Shown here in pieces: positions 37,881 to 46,471 of a stretch of 64,000 bases of DNA. Position 1 is the first letter of the stretch. Each line of letters opens with the position of its first letter. The translations under genes and the position numbers were made by a program. The DNA is taken from the sequence record OL631479.1. One strand, 5' to 3'. Under the pieces are notes generated by a model. It was not told where the DNA came from. It was given only the letters and a program-made list of their open reading frames with translations, and ran no database searches. The DNA is from Escherichia phage ECML-10.

Positions 37881-37905
37881 AGCCGGGTGATCCCGGCTTT
37901 ACTTG
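37881..37905 (+). terminator. Rho-independent terminator ending the rnl-sir2 operon
   Basis: Hairpin AGCCGGG-UGAU-CCCGGCU followed by UUACUUGUUG. Confidence 0.45.
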
Positions 37906-37937
37906 TTGTGGAAAGTATGCAAGTGAGGCAGATAGTT

Positions 37938-38246
37938 ATGTACAAGCACTCTAGAGATCTTGAAAACGATGCTGTGTTTGGGGATCAGATGAAAGAGTTG
38001 GTTAAACTCATAGACAGGATAGAGGATAAGTTTGACACTAAGATCTACATCGACAGCAAAGTATTCAACCACAAAATATGGACAAATCTGTGTGTTGGGC
38101 TACATGGTGATAAAGATATTGTAAATTTGGTTGTAATAAAGTTCATAGTGTGGCAGAATAAGACTATACGTTATTCCGATCCACACTTACTTGTTTATCC
38201 TATAAAAGACCTACTACAGAAGGAGGACTGCAATGCCGTTATTTAA
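37938..38246 (+). CDS. Hypothetical protein
   Basis: Start trimmed to ATG 37938 (RBS GAGG) downstream of terminator. Confidence 0.3.
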   Translation: MYKHSRDLENDAVFGDQMKELVKLIDRIEDKFDTKIYIDSKVFNHKIWTNLCVGLHGDKDIVNLVVIKFIVWQNKTIRYSDPHLLVYPIKDLLQKEDCNAVI

Positions 38247-38502
38247 TCTTGCTAAACCTGTAGAAGCCCACCAGTTTGACGGAAGCTCTTCATCAGTATC
38301 TGATCTGCAACGGTGGATTGATACAGGTGTGTTTACATCGTCACCTGTTCGGACCAGAGATCTTCGTCGCATGTGTGAGCTTGTCGAGCCTTTTGGTAAC
38401 CTTGTCTTGTACCAGGGAGATTGGCTAGTTGACTTTATGGGAGACTGGTTGGTAATGAGTAAAGAAGAGATGTTTAAAATTTTTAAGGAAGAGGCCGAGT
38501 AA
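38233..38502 (+). CDS. Hypothetical protein
   Basis: 89 aa ORF, overlaps neighbours by a few nt. Confidence 0.3.
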   Translation: MPLFNLAKPVEAHQFDGSSSSVSDLQRWIDTGVFTSSPVRTRDLRRMCELVEPFGNLVLYQGDWLVDFMGDWLVMSKEEMFKIFKEEAE

Positions 38503-39785
38503 TGCATCAAATCAAAACAACACTGTACGCACTGAACAAAGATGGCAGCTACCAACAGTGGAAAGTATTCACTGATGGCGAAAAGGTTATCGTAGAGTTT
38601 GGCAAGCTTGACGGTAAATTGCAGTACAAAGAGACGGTATGCACACCTAAGAACGTAGGTCGTGCCAATGAGACTACAGCTGAGCAACAGGCCGAGCTTG
38701 AGGCTATCAGCAAGTGGGAAAAACAAGTCCGTCTGGGGTATGTTGAAAACATGGAAGATTGCGAGCAGGGTGTTGATCTTTTACCCATGCTGGTGCATGA
38801 CTACCTGAAGCGTGGCAAGGCACTTAAATTACCTTGCTGGATCTTGCGTAAGTTAGATGGCCTTCGTCTGCTTGTTGTTTTCCAAAATGGTGAGCCTAAA
38901 TTTATTTCCCGTGGTAATAAGTCCTATCCTATTCAAGGAAAGCTTTTAGAGCAACTTCGTTCTTTCCATTCTACCACTGGGATTAAACAACTTGATGGGG
39001 AACTATACATTCATGGTCTTCCTTTGCAGAAAATAGTGTCTCTTGCTAAACGGTGGCGCACACAGGAAGAGATTCAGGCCGAGATCGATAAAGACTATGA
39101 GGCAGATAAAAAACGCCGTCATGCCGCAATTAAGGCAGGCTTATCAACATACAAAAACTTCAACAAGGTAGATATTCCTGTCGATGTTGAGCCTGTTCGT
39201 GATGATTTGCGTTACGGTGGGTACTGTAGCTACGATCTTGAGTATCACATTTTTGATATTCCTAGCGACAAGGTGTGGTGGGATCCAGAAACAGAGTCTG
39301 GACGCTGCAAGGATCTTATGGATGCAGAGGATACCGTTACCACTCTGATGCTTGACCATATCAAGGTTGTTGACGCAGAGCTTGCGTACACAGTTGATCA
39401 TTGCGAAGAATCTGTTGGTATATTCATGTCCGAAGGATATGAAGGTACCATTATGCGTAACTTCTGTGGTAAATATGAGTATGGTCAGCGAACATCTGAA
39501 GCATTGAAATGGAAAAAGTTCAACGACGCAGAGGTGAAAGTTATTGACGTTGAGAAAGATAAGAATGATGAAGGTGTTCTTATCTGTGTTGACAAGGAAG
39601 GTGTTGTTGTTAAAATGAAGATGAAAGGCACGCACGAGGAGCGTAGCTATGACAGGATGCAGAAAATGATCGGCAAGTTTGTCACCTTCAAATATCAAGC
39701 AAGGACAGAAGACAACAACTACCAATTCCCTGTCGGTATCTGCGTCCGAAATGTTAACCCAGACACTTGGGAGGTTCTGGAATGA
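38502..39785 (+). CDS. ATP-dependent DNA ligase
   Basis: 427 aa; motif I RKLDGLR (KxDG), DGELYIHG, EGTIMRN; nucleotidyltransferase layout. Confidence 0.65.
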   Translation: MHQIKTTLYALNKDGSYQQWKVFTDGEKVIVEFGKLDGKLQYKETVCTPKNVGRANETTAEQQAELEAISKWEKQVRLGYVENMEDCEQGVDLLPMLVHDYLKRGKALKLPCWILRKLDGLRLLVVFQNGEPKFISRGNKSYPIQGKLLEQLRSFHSTTGIKQLDGELYIHGLPLQKIVSLAKRWRTQEEIQAEIDKDYEADKKRRHAAIKAGLSTYKNFNKVDIPVDVEPVRDDLRYGGYCSYDLEYHIFDIPSDKVWWDPETESGRCKDLMDAEDTVTTLMLDHIKVVDAELAYTVDHCEESVGIFMSEGYEGTIMRNFCGKYEYGQRTSEALKWKKFNDAEVKVIDVEKDKNDEGVLICVDKEGVVVKMKMKGTHEERSYDRMQKMIGKFVTFKYQARTEDNNYQFPVGICVRNVNPDTWEVLE

Positions 39786-39912
39786 TGTAGGATGGTTTAG
39801 TAGATAACGGTAGCCAATTGAATGATGGTTTTTCAATTGGCACCTACATAACCACACTATGCAGTGTTGTTGTTGATCGGGTTAGTTATGAGTAAACTGG
39901 AGAGTATGAAAA

Positions 39913-40410
39913 ATGAAACTTGATAAAAATGTTCAACGAAAAGCTTTCTTGGATCTTATTGGCTGGGCAGAGGGAACAACAACCCACCCTGCCACCAAAT
40001 GTGGAGGATACGATGTTGTAGCATACGGGATGGACGGAAAACCTGAAATCTTTACAGATTTTTCTACGCACCCTTTTGCAAACGGTCGCCCTGGTAAAGT
40101 GTTTAACTCAAAAGGGCAAAGAACTACAGCCTGCGGTAAATATCAATTTCTTGTCAAATACTGGGAACACTACAAAAAACAGCTTAAGTTGCCGGATTTT
40201 GGACCAGATAGCCAGGATAAGTGGGCAATCCAGTTGATCAGGGAACGTAAAGCACTTGAAGACATAGATAACGGTCATATTAAATCTGCTATACGTAAGA
40301 CCTCAAATATTTGGGCTTCGTTCCCATACAACCAGTACGACCAAAATCCAAAAACCATTGACAAGTTGCTTAAGAAATTTGTAGAGTTTGGAGGTGTTGT
40401 TCTGGATTAA
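39913..40410 (+). CDS. Endolysin, lambda R-like lytic transglycosylase
   Basis: 165 aa; QRKAFLD, EGT, GYDV, GKYQ, SQDKWAIQLIRERKAL, NIWAS align with lambda R as recalled. Confidence 0.85.
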   Translation: MKLDKNVQRKAFLDLIGWAEGTTTHPATKCGGYDVVAYGMDGKPEIFTDFSTHPFANGRPGKVFNSKGQRTTACGKYQFLVKYWEHYKKQLKLPDFGPDSQDKWAIQLIRERKALEDIDNGHIKSAIRKTSNIWASFPYNQYDQNPKTIDKLLKKFVEFGGVVLD

Positions 40411-40464
40411 TGATCAAAAGGTAGGCCACTCGCCTACCTTTCTACACCAGAGGTGTGTTGAGAT

Positions 40465-41226
40465 ATGAAGATACATTTCTTTTTTAATGATCACTATCCT
40501 TATTGGTACAAGGATGGTGATCTAATCTTTTGGAAACCTGGCTACAGTAGGAATGGAAATAGGGCTGGACACTACAACAAAAAGACTGGATATTTCCAAG
40601 TGTACAATAAGCTGACAAATGTTAAACGTGGCAGACATAGGGAAATTTTTGACATGTTTTACGGATGTGTCACAGATACTTGGCATATCGATCATATCGT
40701 CTCTAAGAAAAATTCTACTAACGGAGTGCCTGTAGACAAGATAGAAAACCTTCAAATGTTGAAGCCTTGGGATAACTACTGTAAGAGAGCCTTGGAAAAT
40801 GTGCAAAGCAATAACACCTCTACAGTGACTGGTGTGGTATGGCTGAAAAGAGAGGGTAAGTGGAGGGCAAGTAGAAGGATAAATAGGGTAAATGTTAGGT
40901 TGGGAGATTTTGACACTTTCGAAGAGGCTAAGTCTAGGGTTGAATGGTCAATAGCCAACCCGGAAGAGGCTTTAAAGATAGTTCCAAACCCGCACAAGAA
41001 TAATATCCTGCCAGGTATTGATTGGTCTAAGAAAGATACCTGTTGGAGGGCACGAGATAACAAAGGAAGAAACTTAAGATGCTTCAACGACAGGAAGTGG
41101 CTAAATCCGTGGTGGGAGGCAGTTTGTGCAAGAAAGTCTTGGGAAGTAAACTGTCTCTACGGAGGGATGTCACTAACTGAGTGGAAGTTATCCAGAGGCT
41201 ATCCAAGACCTTGTGTTGAGGATTGA
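40465..41226 (+). CDS. HNH homing endonuclease with AP2-like DNA-binding domain (free-standing)
   Basis: HNH motif WHIDHIVSKKNSTNG...NLQML; AP2-like segment GVVWLKREGKWRASRRINRVNVRLGDFDTFEEA. Confidence 0.75.
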   Translation: MKIHFFFNDHYPYWYKDGDLIFWKPGYSRNGNRAGHYNKKTGYFQVYNKLTNVKRGRHREIFDMFYGCVTDTWHIDHIVSKKNSTNGVPVDKIENLQMLKPWDNYCKRALENVQSNNTSTVTGVVWLKREGKWRASRRINRVNVRLGDFDTFEEAKSRVEWSIANPEEALKIVPNPHKNNILPGIDWSKKDTCWRARDNKGRNLRCFNDRKWLNPWWEAVCARKSWEVNCLYGGMSLTEWKLSRGYPRPCVED

Positions 41227-41289
41227 TCATTGACATAACCACACGGACGTGGTACTGTTACCTCATAAAATGTTTGAGGGGGTTTAACC

Positions 41290-41496
41290 ATGAAAGATTT
41301 TCTGTTGGCAATTTTGTTCATGGCGGCATGTCTGGCCTGTGGTGTCGTGTTTGCAGGTGAAACAGCGTATCTTGTCGATGTATATCGTGACAATGGTAAA
41401 CGTATTTGCCTTTATGAGACAAGCCAAGGTGAGCTCTACGAGCTTGTGAAACAAGGTGAGGCAGGTTCCTGCCCTCGCACCAATTTCTTTGAATGA
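41290..41496 (+). CDS. Small signal-peptide protein
   Basis: 68 aa; hydrophobic N-terminus LLAILFMAACLACGVVFA. Confidence 0.35.
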   Translation: MKDFLLAILFMAACLACGVVFAGETAYLVDVYRDNGKRICLYETSQGELYELVKQGEAGSCPRTNFFE

Positions 41497-41505
41497 GGGA
41501 GAACA

Positions 41506-41971
41506 CGTGGAAGACGGACGTTTAATGAAGTCTGAACGAAGGCTTATTGTGCAACTGATCCCAGAAACAGCTTGGTATAATAACCTCCGAAACGCTGTGA
41601 AGAAGAGTGAGTGGGATAAGATCCGCAAGAAGTGCTATAGAGAAGCCAACTACACCTGTGAGGTGTGCGGCGGTAAAGGCAGCAAACACCCAGTGGAGTG
41701 TCATGAACTTTACACTTTCGAAGAGGGAGTGATCCGGCTTGTCGGACTGATAGCACTGTGCCCGGATTGTCACACATCGGTGCATCCTGGGTTAGCAAAT
41801 ATCCGTGGAAAGTATGCTCAGGCAGTTAATCAGTTGGCTAAGGTGAATAAGATCACCAAGAGTATGGCAGAGGCGTATTACCGAGACTGCTTTGCAGAGT
41901 GGCGTGAGCTTAGTAAAGTTCCAGAATGGAAGACTGACTTTTCGTGGATAGAGGGTTACCTTGATGGCTAA
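41506..41971 (+). CDS. Zinc-finger protein, possible HNH-like nuclease
   Basis: GTG 41506 preceded by RBS GAGGGAG; CEVCG...ECHEL...CPDCH pattern. Confidence 0.3.
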
Positions 41972-42254
41972 GAGACCTGTAAAAGAGAAATTCGATAAGA
42001 CAGCTTTTGTATTCGATACACCTCTGGACGACATCATTAGAGGTATGCAATCATTGTATCGGAAGGCTGAATCTGAGCAGCTGTCGGAATCAGAACTTTA
42101 CTGGCTCGGTTGGTGGGAGTTAAACCTGCCTAAAGCTGAAAGTTCTTCTCTGAGAACTGTTAAAACGTGCGCCCAAGAAAACGCTGCACTTGGAATCTAC
42201 CACAAAAGGAAAAGATCAACAAAAAGCTCTCCAAGAAAGACTAAAAAGTCTTGA
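41961..42254 (+). CDS. Hypothetical protein
   Basis: 97 aa ORF with basic C-terminus. Confidence 0.25.
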   Translation: MMAKRPVKEKFDKTAFVFDTPLDDIIRGMQSLYRKAESEQLSESELYWLGWWELNLPKAESSSLRTVKTCAQENAALGIYHKRKRSTKSSPRKTKKS

Positions 42255-42280
42255 CAAAAGTGTTATTAATCTGATATTAT
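42251..42280 (+). promoter_or_regulatory. Sigma70-like promoter (TTGACA-N18-TATTAT)
   Basis: Consensus -35; member of recurring GTTGACAAA...AGATATTATCGG family. Confidence 0.5.
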
Positions 42281-42313
42281 CGGTCAGATATCTATAAACT
42301 AGGAGAACTAGAT

Positions 42314-42622
42314 ATGCTTAAAATTTTTATTGTTGAAGATAAAGATATTGTCCAGTTGTATGCAAACGAGAATCATAAAGGTATGATTCTGAAGAAGGCA
42401 AGCAACCTTCATGAAAACACAATTCAACCTGGCGATGTAATTAAGATCTGTGGTTATATGATACCAGACTCCTTGATGAAAATAACCCACCACTGGGGGT
42501 CTAATCCGTTCCTTTTTGAAAAGTATTGGGATGTTGAGTCACTTATTGCAGAGAGTGATGATGCATTCCATTACAGCATCCAACCATCTTGCAGAATAAC
42601 TAACAGGAGGGTCTTTGAGTAG
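42314..42622 (+). CDS. Hypothetical protein
   Basis: 102 aa ORF with RBS AGGAGAA. Confidence 0.3.
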   Translation: MLKIFIVEDKDIVQLYANENHKGMILKKASNLHENTIQPGDVIKICGYMIPDSLMKITHHWGSNPFLFEKYWDVESLIAESDDAFHYSIQPSCRITNRRVFE

Positions 42623-43754
42623 AGAATATCCACTTATTGAGTCCATAGATTGTCTGGCTGATCTTCTTGAACCTGACGCTATAGTTTATTATGACTTCGA
42701 TCAGGTTGCATATCAAGCTGCAGCAAGTTGTGAAAAAAGGACAATTGAGGTAACACACAAAGCCTCCGGACGTAAGAAGATGTTTAAAACACGAACAGAG
42801 TTCTGGGGGCGGCAGAAGAACACAGTTGGTGGTTGGTTAAAAGCTGAGAATACCAACCGTGAAGCTGCATGTAAAAAGGCTGGCAAGGAGTTTATTCCGT
42901 GGACACGAGAAGATTTCGATGTCTTGGATATCCAAACCCCTGATCCTGTAGAGAACTGCTTGCACACAATTAAGTGTAAAGCGAATGCAGTCCTTAATTA
43001 TCTCGGTATTCCGGAAGATCGGTGCGTGGGGGTACTTGGAGGCACAGGTAATTTCAGACTAGATCTTCCCATGCCGGAAAGATATAAAGCCAACCGTAAC
43101 AATACTCTTCGACCACTGCTGCTTGGAGATGCAAGACAGTATCTCCAAAAGCAGTATAATGCTCAAGTGATCAACGGTATCGAGGCTGACGACTGGTTAG
43201 CTATCCAGCAATTTGAAGGTTGGAACCACTACCAAAAAACAGGTAAGTTCAACAAGTTTATTATCTCTATTGATAAGGACCAAAGAACACTGCCGGGGCT
43301 TGTGTTCGATCCCATGCGAAACGATAAGGGAGATTTTGTAAGGGAAACCCCTATGCTGATCGATAACGGTATGGGGAACATCTTCATGAAGCCTAATGGA
43401 GAGGTTGGTGGTTACGGAATGCTGTTCTTCGGATACCAAATGCTGTGTGGTGACTCTGCCGACAATATCAAGCCGTATCAAGGACTTATCGGTAAGGGTA
43501 AGTTCGGGGATGCCTCAGCATTCTACCTACTGTCTCAGTGCAGCACTCCAAAGGAGATGTGGGTGGCTATTATTGATCAGTACAAGAAGTGGTTCCCGAA
43601 AGGTGTTGTTAAGTATACTGACTTCAATGGTGTTGATCGTAGAATTTCCGTAGGTCAATGGATGAGTATAATTTTTGACTGTTTGTATATGAAGCGAACA
43701 TTCAATGATCAAACAAAACTTGTTAACGTTCTTAGAAATGTTGGAGCAATTTGA
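42615..43754 (+). CDS. 5'-3' exonuclease / flap endonuclease
   Basis: GIEADDWLA and LCGDSADNIKPYQGLIGKGKFGDAS (H3TH-like) motifs. Confidence 0.65.
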   Translation: MSREYPLIESIDCLADLLEPDAIVYYDFDQVAYQAAASCEKRTIEVTHKASGRKKMFKTRTEFWGRQKNTVGGWLKAENTNREAACKKAGKEFIPWTREDFDVLDIQTPDPVENCLHTIKCKANAVLNYLGIPEDRCVGVLGGTGNFRLDLPMPERYKANRNNTLRPLLLGDARQYLQKQYNAQVINGIEADDWLAIQQFEGWNHYQKTGKFNKFIISIDKDQRTLPGLVFDPMRNDKGDFVRETPMLIDNGMGNIFMKPNGEVGGYGMLFFGYQMLCGDSADNIKPYQGLIGKGKFGDASAFYLLSQCSTPKEMWVAIIDQYKKWFPKGVVKYTDFNGVDRRISVGQWMSIIFDCLYMKRTFNDQTKLVNVLRNVGAI

Positions 43755-44086
43755 TGACTAAAAATTCTGTAGATAGTGCAATTATGGAAGCTGTTTTTGA
43801 GGATGATCATACAACAGGGACACTTAAAACAAAAAATACATTCGTTGTTGCCACAGGTATGTGGCGGTTGTATGAAGATGACACCATTTCATACATCCTG
43901 TACACTGATGATTACGCAGATGACCGTGTATGGTCTGCTGTTTTAAAAGAGGATTGTGAACTGATTGAGGGCGAGCGGTTATGCATGTTCCCCAGTGTGG
44001 AAACAGATGTTAAGCTTTGCTCTCTCGTCTTGTTCAAAGATAAGGCTTATGCTCCTGATGAAGGAGAGGAGGATGAGGAAGTATGA
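43751..44086 (+). CDS. Hypothetical acidic protein
   Basis: 111 aa ORF, overlapping start/stop with neighbours. Confidence 0.25.
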   Translation: MMTKNSVDSAIMEAVFEDDHTTGTLKTKNTFVVATGMWRLYEDDTISYILYTDDYADDRVWSAVLKEDCELIEGERLCMFPSVETDVKLCSLVLFKDKAYAPDEGEEDEEV

Positions 44087-44712
44087 GAGAGCGTCTATTA
44101 TCCATAGACCAGTCGTTGACACACACAGCTTGCGTTGTATGGGACGATGGAAAGCCTGTTCATAAGGTTGTGTTACGAACTCAAAGCTCATCTGCAAAAG
44201 AGAAGAAACCAGGGACGGTTTCTTTTGCAACAGCTGCTGAGCGTATTGACTGGATCTGCAAACAGGTCAGATATTATATCCACACGCACGGAGTTGACAC
44301 CGTGGTTATGGAAGGACTTTCCTTCGGATCTCGCGGGGATGCCACACGTGAACTGGCTGGGTTGTTTTACGGTCTCGAAGTTATGCTTTGGGATGCTTTA
44401 GCTGATTGTGAAAATGACGGCCTGTTTAAGGTTCACACAGTGACACCAACAACTGCCAAAAAGTTTGCTCGTAGTCATCTTCCTGAAGAACTTGCTTTTG
44501 AGGAGAAGAAAAAGCTTGACAAAAAGACAGGTAAAGAGCATACTGTGAAGAAACCTGTTACGATGGATAAAAAGTTGATGGTTAAGGCCTGCGAAGTATC
44601 TGAACCAGGGTTCCTAGATGGGATCAATTTGGTACAAGGTAAGGCCGATCTCGCAGATGCTTATTGGATAGGCAGGGCGCATCTGGAGGGGTTATCGCAA
44701 AGCGTAAAATAA
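44083..44712 (+). CDS. RuvC-like Holliday junction resolvase
   Basis: N-terminal LLSIDQSLTHTACVVWDDGK and C-terminal KADLADAYWIGRAH resemble RuvC motifs. Confidence 0.5.
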   Translation: MRERLLSIDQSLTHTACVVWDDGKPVHKVVLRTQSSSAKEKKPGTVSFATAAERIDWICKQVRYYIHTHGVDTVVMEGLSFGSRGDATRELAGLFYGLEVMLWDALADCENDGLFKVHTVTPTTAKKFARSHLPEELAFEEKKKLDKKTGKEHTVKKPVTMDKKLMVKACEVSEPGFLDGINLVQGKADLADAYWIGRAHLEGLSQSVK

Positions 44713-45269
44713 GAAAGAAAGCTGTCAAAGCCCCCGTTCATAGCGGGTGGCTAAAAGATTCTAAGGACATAGCCAACTTTCGAAAAGAATTGTCAGAGGA
44801 GCAGGATGGTCTTGATCCGATCTTGTGCGAGCCACTTCGTAAGCCTTGTTTAGATCATGATCATCTGACTGGTCGTTGCAGGGGTGTTTTGTCTCAGTGC
44901 ACTAATACCTTTGAGGGGTATGTGCTTAAATACTGGATGAAATACTGTAACGAGTATACAGATTGCAGTTTATCAGAGGCGTTGCGCCGGATGGCTGACT
45001 ATCTGGAGAAAGACTACAGCGACTTCCCGCTCCACAAAAACTACAGAGATGATATGACAAAGTTCTTGAGGAGATGCTCTAAAGCTACGATTATTGCACG
45101 AGCAGAATCAGATCTCAATCTTGTCATTAATCCAGAGTGCACCAAGCATGAGGCTATTGAGTCCTACATGCAGGAGTTTATAAAGAAAACTGAGGAGAGA
45201 GATTTCTATGGGGATGAAAAAGGTATTCAATCCTTGCGACTCAGTCCTGATCAGGATGAAATACCGTAA
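44664..45269 (+). CDS. Endonuclease VII-like (T4 gp49-type) resolvase
   Basis: CLDHDHLTGRCRGVLSQCTN motif; start uncertain (TTG 44664 overlapping upstream gene, no early in-frame ATG). Confidence 0.65.
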   Translation: MDRQGASGGVIAKRKIRKKAVKAPVHSGWLKDSKDIANFRKELSEEQDGLDPILCEPLRKPCLDHDHLTGRCRGVLSQCTNTFEGYVLKYWMKYCNEYTDCSLSEALRRMADYLEKDYSDFPLHKNYRDDMTKFLRRCSKATIIARAESDLNLVINPECTKHEAIESYMQEFIKKTEERDFYGDEKGIQSLRLSPDQDEIP

Positions 45270-45429
45270 CTGGAAAGGTGTTGTTGCAGATCGCTGCGTT
45301 ACTGAGCCTAATTTATGGTTTGGCTCTACAGAGTATCATAAAGAAGAGCAGTGGTTGATGCATGCCTTTGATGTAGACAAGGGCGAATATCGTGACTTCG
45401 CTTTAAAAGACATTCTTCAGTTTTACTAA
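45208..45429 (+). CDS. Hypothetical small protein
   Basis: 73 aa ORF overlapping 3' end of preceding gene in another frame. Confidence 0.2.
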   Translation: MGMKKVFNPCDSVLIRMKYRNWKGVVADRCVTEPNLWFGSTEYHKEEQWLMHAFDVDKGEYRDFALKDILQFY

Positions 45430-45441
45430 GGAATTTTGACG

Positions 45442-46425
45442 ATGATGGCAAAGTTAACTCTTGAGCAAATTTTAACACTAAAGCAGCAGGGATACACTAA
45501 TAGACAAATTGCTCGTGAATTTTTAGGCCGTGAGTCACGTGAGAGTTGGATCCGACTACAGCTTAAACGTGCACAAGAGAATATGTCAGAGATTGTAGGA
45601 GAAGCAACGGAGCGCTTCCTTGAAGAACACAAAGGAGCTAAAGTTTGGGTGTATGATACAGAAACATCACCAACAAACGGCTGGTTCTTTGGGCACTATA
45701 AGACCAACATTCAAACCTGCGGTATTGAAATTATGCCCTATATGCTAACTTTCGCAGGTAAGTGGTTAGACAGTCCTAGTGTGGTTGACTGCGCTCTTCC
45801 CGATTACAAAATGTGGGATGAGGATATTCACAATGACCTCGAATTGATTCAGGACTTGTGGTATTATCTGGATAAATGTGATGTCGCAGTAGCCCACAAT
45901 TCAGGTTTTGACTGTGGGTGGGCAAACCAACGATTTGCATTTCACGGGTTGCCTCCAACAAGCCCATACAAAGAGGTTGACACCCTTAAAATGATCAAGA
46001 AGGCATTCCGTTTGAATGCAAACACTTTGGAGTATGCATGCAAATACTTCCAACTTGCCAGACAGAAACTGATTGACCACACATTTGAAATGTGGATCAA
46101 GTGTGTTCATGGTGATCTTGAGGCGTTTAAACAGATGCGGGAGTACAATGTTGGTGATATCCTATCTCTGGAAGGCCTGTATTTGCTGGCACGCCCGTTT
46201 GCTAAGCAGCACCCCAACATGTCATTGTACTACCAGGATGAGGAGCCAAAAGTTCGTTGCCCACGCTGCGGTGGAGAACACCTTCACGAGGAAGAAGCTT
46301 TGGCGTATACTCAACTGAGTGCATTTAAAACATATCGCTGCGAAGGTTGTGGATCTGTTGTTCGTGACCGTAACAACATCCGTACCAGAGAAGAAATGAA
46401 AAACACCCTGATTCAGATAATCTAA
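45442..46425 (+). CDS. HTH / DEDD-family 3'-5' exonuclease / Zn-ribbon fusion protein
   Basis: N-terminal HTH-like LKQQGYTNRQIAREF; VWVYDTETSP, AHNSGFD, EYNVGD exonuclease motifs; C-terminal CPRCG...CEGCG. Confidence 0.5.
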   Translation: MMAKLTLEQILTLKQQGYTNRQIAREFLGRESRESWIRLQLKRAQENMSEIVGEATERFLEEHKGAKVWVYDTETSPTNGWFFGHYKTNIQTCGIEIMPYMLTFAGKWLDSPSVVDCALPDYKMWDEDIHNDLELIQDLWYYLDKCDVAVAHNSGFDCGWANQRFAFHGLPPTSPYKEVDTLKMIKKAFRLNANTLEYACKYFQLARQKLIDHTFEMWIKCVHGDLEAFKQMREYNVGDILSLEGLYLLARPFAKQHPNMSLYYQDEEPKVRCPRCGGEHLHEEEALAYTQLSAFKTYRCEGCGSVVRDRNNIRTREEMKNTLIQII

Positions 46426-46434
46426 TCAAGTATA

Positions 46435-46462
46435 GGGAGGCTTGCGCCTCCCTTTTCCTTTT
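46435..46462 (+). terminator. Rho-independent terminator
   Basis: Hairpin GGGAGGC-UUGC-GCCUCCC followed by UUUUCCUUUU. Confidence 0.5.
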
Positions 46463-46471
46463 GGAGGCACT

